A DNA stretch of 32,201 bases from Vicugna vicugna (taxonomy: Eukaryota). How positions within the stretch are numbered: the stretch's first letter is position 1; every line of letters starts with the position of its first letter. A model generated the notes under the pieces. The model searched no databases. It was not told the origin of the DNA and was given only the letters and a program-made list of their open reading frames with translations. A program made the position numbers and the translations under genes. This document shows positions 24,401 to 32,201 of this stretch, in pieces. Location of the stretch: positions 1-32,201 of the forward strand of contig MU057937.1 of assembly GCA_013265495.1 (NCBI GenBank). The letters are read 5' to 3'.

Positions 24401-25512
24401 TAATTGATTTATACATTTTTTAAAATAATATAATCTTATACCTACCATAAATTGAATTCTTCTCAAGCAAACACACCCAAATTTATTATGAAGAATAAGT
24501 TGAGTTCATTTGGAAAAGGGTTTGTGGATAGATAGCAAATTCAGTTGTTTCATATTGTTGGTGAAAGAAAACTGTTATCAGTAAAGAATGTCCTGTCCAT
24601 AACAATGAAGAGAAGAAGGAAGACTGTTTCATTGTTGAGTTCACACAACTAAGGACATGCACGTAGGTAGACTGAAAGTGACCAGAAAGGCAGGATGAAA
24701 TTCCATGTTTTCTATAAACAAGCAGGTAAGTTCCATTTGCACTGATTTTAGCCTGCATGTGACATGTTTTCTTGGATCAGTGGTATCCTGTTTTCCCAAG
24801 AGGACTGGACAGCACAATTTACTGTGTCATCCTTAGCATCCTGCACCTTCTGGTACAGAGTTCCCCCTATGCTGTCTTGAAAATTGAGGTTTCTATCATG
24901 TAGATAACTGCCCTCATCTGACAGAAAAATAAAGCTTTCACCCTCTCCCCAGGAAGGAATGGTTTCAGCCAAGACTGAACCTAGGTTTAGCTGCCAAGGT
25001 GAAAAAGTTTCTGGGTGGAGCCCTGAAACTTGGAGACCTCTCTGGGTTGTAAAGTTGCCAGTTGTTTTCACAAGAAGATTCAACTGTTCGGGAACTGTTT
25101 TGGGGTTACCTGAAATAAACAACACATTTTATTGTTTTGGAGAAGCAACAGGTGATTTCTCAGCATGAACCCCTATTTCAAAGCAGCCCTGCCCTTCTTC
25201 CACTTTCAATCTCACGTATACTAACAGAAACTAAAATTTCAGGTTTGCTTTGTCCTTAAATTGAGACCAGAATTTTAGATTAATGCAAAAGCTGGGATGA
25301 ACTCTATACCTTGTATTTTGAAAAATATTAATCAGAGTAAGTTAGGAACAGCAAGAAAAGAGACAACAGGGCTGGTGGATCCTTCCCTGGTTTCTCTCAG
25401 ATTAAAGTTGGTATAGTCCCAAACTCAGTGGTCACATTATTTTCCACACATAATAATCTACTGACTGATTATTTTAGGATCTGAGCCTATTTGCCTGAAA
25501 ATGTGGGTAAAA

Positions 25513-28095
25513 ATTTTTTTTAATTGAAGTATAGTCAGTTTCACTGTGTTAGTTTCTGGTGTACAGCACTATGTCCCAGTCATACACATATGCATGTATT
25601 CATTTTCATATTCTTCTTCATTAAAAGATATTGAATATAGTTCCCTGTGCTATACAGAAGAAATTGGCTTTGTTAAATATGTTTTTATATATAGTAGTTA
25701 ATAGCTGCAATTCTCAAACTCCCAAATTTATACCCTTCCACCCCATGATAACCATAAGATTGTTTACCATGCTTGTGAGTCTCTTTCTGTTTTGTAGATA
25801 AGTCCATTAGTGTCTTCTTTTTTCTTTTTTTAAGATTCTAATTAGGAGTGATATCATATGGTAGTTTTCTTTCTCTTTCTGTCATATTTGACATAGAATG
25901 TCATTCTCCAGGTCCATCCATGTTGCAGCAAATATTATTTTATTCATTTTTATGGGTGAGTAGTACTCCATTCTGTTAATATACCACAACTGCTTTATCC
26001 AGTCCTCTTTCTATGAACATTTAGGTTGCTGCCATGTCTTGACTATTGTACAGAATGCTATGAACATTGGGTGCCTGTATCTTTTCATGTAAGAGTACCC
26101 TCCCTATATGGCCAAAAGTGGGATTGCTGGATCATATGGAAAGTTTATTTTCAGTCCTTTGAGGAATCTCCATGTTGTTTTCCATAATGGCTGCACCAAA
26201 CTACATTTCTACCAACAATGTAGGAGGGTTCCCTTTTCTTCACACCCTCTCCAGCATTTCTCCTTTGTGGACTTTTGAATGATGACCATTCTAACTGGGA
26301 TGAGATGATAACCTCATTTCATTTTGACTTGCATTTCTTTCATAATTAGCAACATTGAGCATTTTTTTCATGTGTGTATTGGCCATTTGTATATCTTTAT
26401 TGAAGAATTGCTTGTTTAGGTCTTCTGCCTATTTTTGGATTTGGTTGTTTTTATGTTATTAAGTTGTATGAGCTGTTTATATACTCTGGAAATGAAATGT
26501 TTGTCAGGTGCATCATTTGCAAATATTTTCTCCATTCTGTAGGTTGTGATTTTGTTTTGCTTATGGTTTCTTTTGCTGTGCAAAAGCGTAAAAGTTTAAT
26601 TAGGTCCCCCTTGTTAATTTATGCTTTTCTTTCTATTGCCTGTCTAGACTTCCCTAGGAGAACATCACTAAGATTTATGTTAGAGAATGCTTTGCCTCTG
26701 TTTTCTTCTAGGATGTTTACTATGTTTAGCCTTATATTTTAGTCTTTAAGTTTTTGTGTGGAGGTTTTAGGGTTTTCTATTTATAGCATTGTGTAATCTA
26801 CATATAGTGGCAGTTTTACCTCTTCTCCTCCAATTTGCATCCCATTTATTTCTTTTCCTTGTCTGATTGCTGTGTCTTCCAATACTATTTTGAATAGTTT
26901 TGAGTTTATGTTTGTGTACGGTGTGAGGGAATGTTCTAACTCCATTGATTTACATGCCGCTGTCCAGTTTTCCCAGCACCAATGCCAAAGTGGCTGTCTT
27001 TTCTCCATTGTATACTCTTGCCTCCTTTGTTGAAGACTAATTGACTGTAGCCCTGTGGGTTTATTTCTGGGCTCTCTATTCTCTTTCATTGATCCGTGTG
27101 TTTGTTTTTGTGCCAATAGCAAACTGTTTTGATTTCTGTAGCTCTTTGGTATTCTCTGATGTCTAGGAGGATTATTCCTCCAGTTTCATTCTTTTTCTTT
27201 GATATTGCTTTGTTGATTGTGGATCTTTTGTGATTCCATATGAATTTTAGAATTATTTGTTCTAGTTCTGTGAGAAATGTCATGAGTAATTTGTTAGGGA
27301 TCACACTAAATTTGTAGATTGCCTTGGGAAGTATGTCCATTTTAACAATATTGATTCTTACCACAAAAGCATGGGATATCTTTCCATTTCTTTAAGTCAT
27401 TAATTTCCTTAATCAGTGTTCTGTAGTTATCTGCATATAAGTCTTTCTCCTCCTTGGTCAGATTTATTCCTAAGTATTTTATTGTTGTGGATACAATTTG
27501 AGAAGGGATGTTTCTTTGCTGTCTTTCTGATATTTCATTGTTAGTGTAAAGAAATGCAACTAATTTCTGTATGTTTAACTTGTATCCTGCTACCTTTCCA
27601 AGGTTTTTTATCAACTCCAGGTGCTTTTGTGTGGAGCTTTTAGGGTTTTTTATAGATAGTAGCATGTAATCTACATATAGTGACAGTTTTATCTCTTCTC
27701 CTCCAGTTTGGATCCCATTTATTTTTTTTCTTGTCTGATTGCTGTGTCTTCCAATGCTCTTTTGAATAGACATGGTGAGAGTAGGCATCCTTGTCTTTTT
27801 CCAGATTTTAGTGGGAGGGGTTTCAGCTTTTCACCATTGAGTGTTATGCTGGCTCTGAGTTTGTCATGAATAGCTTCTTTTATGTTGATATATATTCCCT
27901 TTATACCCACTTTGGTAAGAGTTTTATCATTAATGGGTGTTGAATTTTATCAAATGCTTTTTCTGCATCTATTGAGAAGATCATGTGATTTTGTCCTTTC
28001 TTTTGTTGATGCAGTGTATAACATTGATTGATTTGCATTTGCTGAACCATCCTTTTGACCCAGGGATGCATTCAACTTGATCATGGTGTATGATA
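25513..28095 (-). mobile_element. 5'-truncated L1 (~2.6 kb, RT to 3'UTR) with an internal 146-bp duplication
   Basis: ORF fragments 26781..27910 are L1 ORF2-like (RINIVKM.ILPKAIY, LKSGKRQGC); poly-T at the left end; no TSD found. Confidence 0.93.
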
Positions 28096-28574
28096 TTTTC
28101 CCTGCTTTAGCCATGGGTACATTAGCACTGTGCTCTGTTGTCCCAAAGATTTTGTGCCCACAAGCCACCAGTGTAGATTTGCAATTGTCAGACACTAAGA
28201 CCTCTTTCCTGTCATGCAGTCAGACCCCTTGATCCATGGAAACTCAGAGATAGAGAATGGAATGAAGAGTAATGAAAGGAATTTTCTTCTATCATTGAAT
28301 TTTTTTCAATTCTATCGAATACCCAGAGAACTCCACTCAACATCTGCACATATGTAATCTTTTAATGGATACAGAGAATATTTATGTTGACATATTTTAC
28401 CTGTGACTCTTTTCCCTCCTTGGGCAATGGGGAGAATAGTTACCCCATATTATAAAGTGTAATTATGAATATTAAATTACATACATAAATATTCTGGCCT
28501 AGAAAGAATTAAAAAAGAAACATTATTGTCATTTTTCTTCATGCAGCAAACACAGCTATTAAGTGAGATGTTTG

Positions 28575-28775
28575 ATTACATGGGTTCTGAAGCAACACTT
28601 TTTGGATTCAAATTTTATTTCAGACCTTGTGATTGTAAGAAGTTATTGAATGTCTCTAATATTGTGGTAAAAGTATCTGTAAGACTAAGAGAAAATAATC
28701 CGTGTAAAGAAGTTGTCACTGGGTCTGAGTCAAGTGTGCAGAAACTGGGAGCTATTCTCATTATTATTTTCATGT
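28575..28775 (+). mobile_element. Degenerate MIR SINE
   Basis: MIR-like tggattcaaat..ttgtga..aagttattgaatgtctct and 3' part tgtaagactaagagaaaataatccgtgtaaag..agctatt..attattatt. Confidence 0.6.
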
Positions 28776-29234
28776 ACTAAGTGCTACGTGCCAGCACCTG
28801 GGTTAGCATAAGCCGTGCTCATTCCATCAGGGAACGTACAGCCCTCACCTACGAAACAGGAGCTACCAGGTCCATTGTGAATGAATCTAATATTCCGGGC
28901 AATTGGACCTAGTAAAGTATTCTACGAAGTTATGGCATCCTCACACTATTCACACAGGCCCCAAACATGAAATAAAGAGCATTGCTTGAGTTGATCCAAT
29001 GGAACTTTTATTTTTATTGCAAGCAGCAAAAAGTGTTATACGTTATAGTAATTTGGGAGCTTATAAAATCTTTGTGCAGCCACTGGTTGATTCCCATTTT
29101 GTAAAAGTGTTATGCTTAATGTTATAAAATTGGACAGACTATTTGCTTGCCAGCAGGCCCCATGTGCCACAGTTATAAGAGGAAGTGGTTCCTGATCATA
29201 GAAAAGGGGAAGCCTGGTTTTCTTTTCTGCCATG

Positions 29235-29373
29235 AATGGGTGACTGTTGGGTGATTCAAAAGCTCTGACCATCCTGCCTGCCTTTACGCAGCCAGTGGTG
29301 GTGGTGGTCAGCATGTACCTCTACCGCACAGGCCAGTTCTACCTGGTGAACAGGCCAACTGGTGAGAGCAAGG
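29235..29373 (+). pseudogene. GBP exon 2 remnant (P-loop exon)
   Basis: NG*LLGDSKALTILPAFTQPVVVVVSMYLYRTGQFYLVNRPTGESKG versus family [35 protein letters not shown]; donor AGG|GTGAGT at 29374. Confidence 0.93.
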
Positions 29374-29553
29374 GTGAGTGAGGACAGCACCAAAGCCTCC
29401 CTGAGTCCCTTCTGTCCACCCACACTCCCAGCATTCAGGACGGTGATGTGAGGAGAGGAAGTTAGAAATGGGGAGGAACACTGAAAGCTCACTTCCAATC
29501 CAGTGATGGGCTTCTGACATTTTCTCTGTTCTGGAGGATAAGACTCAACTCTT

Positions 29554-30128
29554 TTTTTTTTTTTTTTTATTTATTGATTTATAATCATTTTACAATGTTG
29601 TGTCAGATTCCAGTGTTCACAATTTTTCTGTCATTCATGGACATATACACACTCATTGTCACATTTTTTTCTCTCTGAATTATCATAACATTTTGTGTAT
29701 ATTTCCCTGTGCTATACAGTGTAATCTTGTTCATCTATTCTACAATTTTGAAATCCCAGTCTATCCCTTCCCATCCTCCACCCCCCTGGTAACCACAAGT
29801 CTGTATTCTCTGTCTGTGAGTCTATTTCTGTCCTGTATTTACGCTTTGTTTTTGTTTGTTTGTTTTTATTTTTTAGATTCCACATATGAGCAATCTCATA
29901 TGGTATTTTTCTTTCTCTTTCTGGCTGACTTCACTTAGAATGACATTCTCCAGGAGCATCCATGTTGCTGCAAATGGCATTATGTTGTCGGTTTTAATGG
30001 CTGAGTAGTATTCCATTGTATAAATATACCACATCTTCTTTATCCAGTCATCTGTTGATGGACATTTAGGCTGTTTCCATGTTTTGGCTATTGTAAATAG
30101 TGCTGTTATGAACATTGGGGTGCAGGTG
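29554..30128 (-). mobile_element. Young 5'-truncated L1 in GBP pseudogene intron 2
   Basis: Poly-T tail, intact ORF2 C-terminus (29873..30115), and 12-bp TSD GACTCAACTCTT at 29542-29553 and 30129-30140 followed by AA. Confidence 0.97.
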
Positions 30129-30437
30129 GACTCAACTCTTAATTTCCACTTTGCCTTAACATCCTCCTTAAAGTATAAATATGCTTTTCTGGAAGGAGTA
30201 ATGTAATAATTTAAAAAAAAAACTAATACAAGCTAACATTAATCTTGAAGGTAAAAGTAAACTTTTCAGTTTGTGCTGAACATTCTAATTTCTCTCTTTT
30301 TTTGGTTGTAATTAAGACCGATACTCATTATGGTTTCATTTGTCTCTTTTAACTCAGATTTTGTTAATTTTATCTCAATTTCCAGATCTGTCTGCTGGTA
30401 AAACTCCACTCCTTCTTCTCCCCGTGCCCACTCACAG

Positions 30438-30564
30438 GATTCACCGTGGGCTCCATGGTTAGGCCTCACACGAAGGGCATCAGGTGAGGTGTGTGCCTCA
30501 CCCCGAGAAGCCAGACTGCACTCCAGCTCTGCTTGACATAGAGGGCCTGGGGGATGTAGAGAAG
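30438..30564 (+). pseudogene. GBP exon 3 remnant (G2/G3 motifs)
   Basis: ctcacag|GFTVGSMVRPHTKGIR, frameshift, then RCVPHPEKPDCTPALLDIEGLGDVEK|GTGAAA. 127 nt, one base short of what phase 1 to phase 0 requires. Confidence 0.95.
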
Positions 30565-30667
30565 GTGAAAAATAAATCTTCTCAATCCTACTCATGTCAG
30601 ATCTATAGCTCTCTAGCTCTCTTTGCCCCTCTCCACTGCTTGATCAATGCTTTGAATGCATCATATT

Positions 30668-30788
30668 TTTAAAAATTAATTTATTTTTATATTCAGCTGC
30701 AGTCAATTACAATGTGTAAATTTCTGGTGTACAACACAAGGTCCAGTCTTACATATACGTATGTATATTCATTTTCATATTTTTTTCA
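30668..30788 (-). mobile_element. 121-bp L1 3' tail
   Basis: Similar to the 3' end at 25520-25615; 14-bp TSD GAATGCATCATATT at 30654-30667 and 30789-30802 followed by AA. Confidence 0.9.
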
Positions 30789-31399
30789 GAATGCATCATA
30801 TTAATGTAGTATTCTTTTCATTTATTTTATTTACTGGGTTTTGGTCAAGATTTGACCTCAGATCCAATTTGAAGCCAACTGAAATGATCTTTATGTGAGA
30901 AAAGTAAACACAAAGTAGGAGAATGACAGGATAATTGAGGAATTGTTACCTTTGGCCACACATGTAAGCACTGAGAGTGACCTGTAAGTCCAACTGACAG
31001 GATTTGCCATCCATATAACAATGGCTAATGACTTTTTTTTTCAGTCATTTCCCTTTCATATCCTAGGAAAATGTCTTCCAGGGGTGCTGAATGTGCCTCT
31101 AAACCTGACCAGATATTTACAAACATGTCTGACTTCTCACAATAGGAATCCAGAGAGATGATGAGAATGGTGTTGTCCACAGCTTTGGTCTTAGAAAGAA
31201 AAGCAAAGTATAAAGTCTAATGGCAGTAGCTTTGTTCATAAAGGATCACACATTATTACTCTTACAAGTCTTAGTAAACTCTTGTCAAAGGGACGTATTT
31301 AACTACTGTCTAAAAAGTTCGATACCATGACAGGTCACGGGAGCAGAGTTCACAATCTCAGTTAACGTATATGTTTGAATTTTATGATCTGATCATAAT

Positions 31400-31585
31400 A
31401 GCCACTGCTACCAAGTGCTCATTTGGTTTACACTCTCATAGACAGTTATACACAATGCCTTATTGAAATTTCACAACACCATGAATTTAACATTTACAAT
31501 TTCACTTATAGATGGATAAAAATTTGCACAGGGAAATGACTAACCTAAATCTCCAGAGTTAAATGCAGACTTTGTCCATCTGAGT
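31400..31585 (-). mobile_element. Possible degenerate MIR
   Basis: tttcacaacaccatga, cacttatagatg and gcacagggaaatgactaacctaa resemble antisense MIR. Confidence 0.45.
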
Positions 31586-31639
31586 TGGAACCGTAGGATA
31601 TTATTCATTGTTCTCTGCAGCTTCTACAGTGGCTTCTAG

Positions 31640-31749
31640 GGAGACAACCAGAAGGACTCCTGGATCTTTGCCCTGGCAGCTCTCCAGAGCAGCACCTCTG
31701 TGTATAACAGCATGGGACCCATCAACCAGCAGGCCATGGACCAAATGCA
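31640..31749 (+). pseudogene. GBP exon 4 remnant, 110 nt, open frame
   Basis: ttctag|GDNQKDSWIFALAALQSSTSVYNSMGPINQQAMDQM + CA, then GTATCCTTTT. Confidence 0.95.
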
Positions 31750-31758
31750 GTATCCTTT
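31750..31758 (+). promoter_or_regulatory. U12-type (minor spliceosome) 5' splice site
   Basis: GTATCCTTT exactly matches the U12 donor consensus RTATCCTTT, at the exon 4 boundary. Confidence 0.88.
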
Positions 31759-32099
31759 TTGTGGTCCAGACAACACAAAATCTAGAAAAGAACAGCTTCA
31801 TTTTTTCACCAGTTTTGATGGTGGAAGACTGCAAAAGAACTCAGGAGTCCCCTCCTTAATGAGCCCCGTTATGCTCCCACTTTACCTCAATCAGCACCAG
31901 AAGCCTAAGACCTCTGGTCACATATTATCCTTAGACATGTAGCTGCACAAGGCTGCGTGCATCCCCTATCTGACTCATTCTCATTAGGTTACCATGTCCT
32001 CAGGAGAATGCTGTGTGCAATTTGAAACTGACCCCAGTACCCTAAGGTCAGGGGGAGAGCAAAGAAAAAGACAATCACTTCAGGCTGGTAAGTTTAGGT

Positions 32100-32201
32100 G
32101 TTTCTTTTTGTCTTTTTGTGGAGAGGTAATTAGGTAACTAAGTTTATTTATTTATCTTTAGAGGAAGCACTGGGGATTGAACCCAGGACCTCCTGCATGC
32201 T
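32100..32201 (-). mobile_element. Vic-1-type SINE, cut by the window end
   Basis: gagaggtaattagg..tttatttatttat..gaggaagcactggggattgaacccaggacctcctgcatgct is homologous to 9516-9590. Confidence 0.88.

Larger units (their letters stand above)
29141..31749 (+). pseudogene. Unprocessed GBP1/2/3-clade guanylate-binding protein pseudogene (GBP2-like by position), exons 2-4; probably continues past the window
   Basis: Three colinear exons with correct phases (1, 0, 2) and splice sites; in-frame TGA at 29241, dead P-loop, 1-bp deletion at ~30485. Confidence 0.92.

Noticed and set aside
28932..28972. ATGGCATC..ACAGGCCC as the GBP start codon
   Set aside because: Two 8-mers with wrong spacing; the block at 29141-29172 matches exon 2 better.
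31853..31960. U12 branch-like tccttaat/tccttag and exon 5 of the downstream pseudogene
   Set aside because: No YVTELT or FFPDF-like coding sequence follows either site.
1..32201. CRISPR array, prokaryotic operon or viral genes
   Set aside because: No repeat-spacer structure or dense coding; the sequence is mammalian and all RT motifs belong to L1.

Overview
Mammalian genomic DNA, most likely camelid, inferred from two Vic-1-type tRNA-derived SINEs. About half of the window is LINE-1. An old L1 is interrupted by a full-length ~7.5 kb minus-strand L1 (intact ORF1, broken ORF2, 15-bp TSD), which itself carries a younger nested L1 3' end. Four further L1 pieces follow, three with clean TSDs. Between the repeats, largely invisible in the ORF track, lie two tandem plus-strand pseudogenes of the interferon-inducible guanylate-binding protein (GBP) family. 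The first is a heavily decayed GBP4/6/7-clade copy (exons 3-6, 15450-21423) whose residues best fit GBP7. The second is a GBP1/2/3-clade copy (exons 2-4, ~29141-31749, running off the window) with a destroyed P-loop, a stop and a frameshift but intact splice sites, including a U12-type donor. No intact host protein-coding gene is visible. I see no wholly new system. The best leads are a possible non-primate GBP7 fossil, an ORF0-like antisense ORF in the L1 5'UTR with a donor in phase with GBP exon 3, and an internal duplication of an already dead RT motif inside one L1. All comparisons to human GBPs and repeat consensuses are from memory, not from a search.
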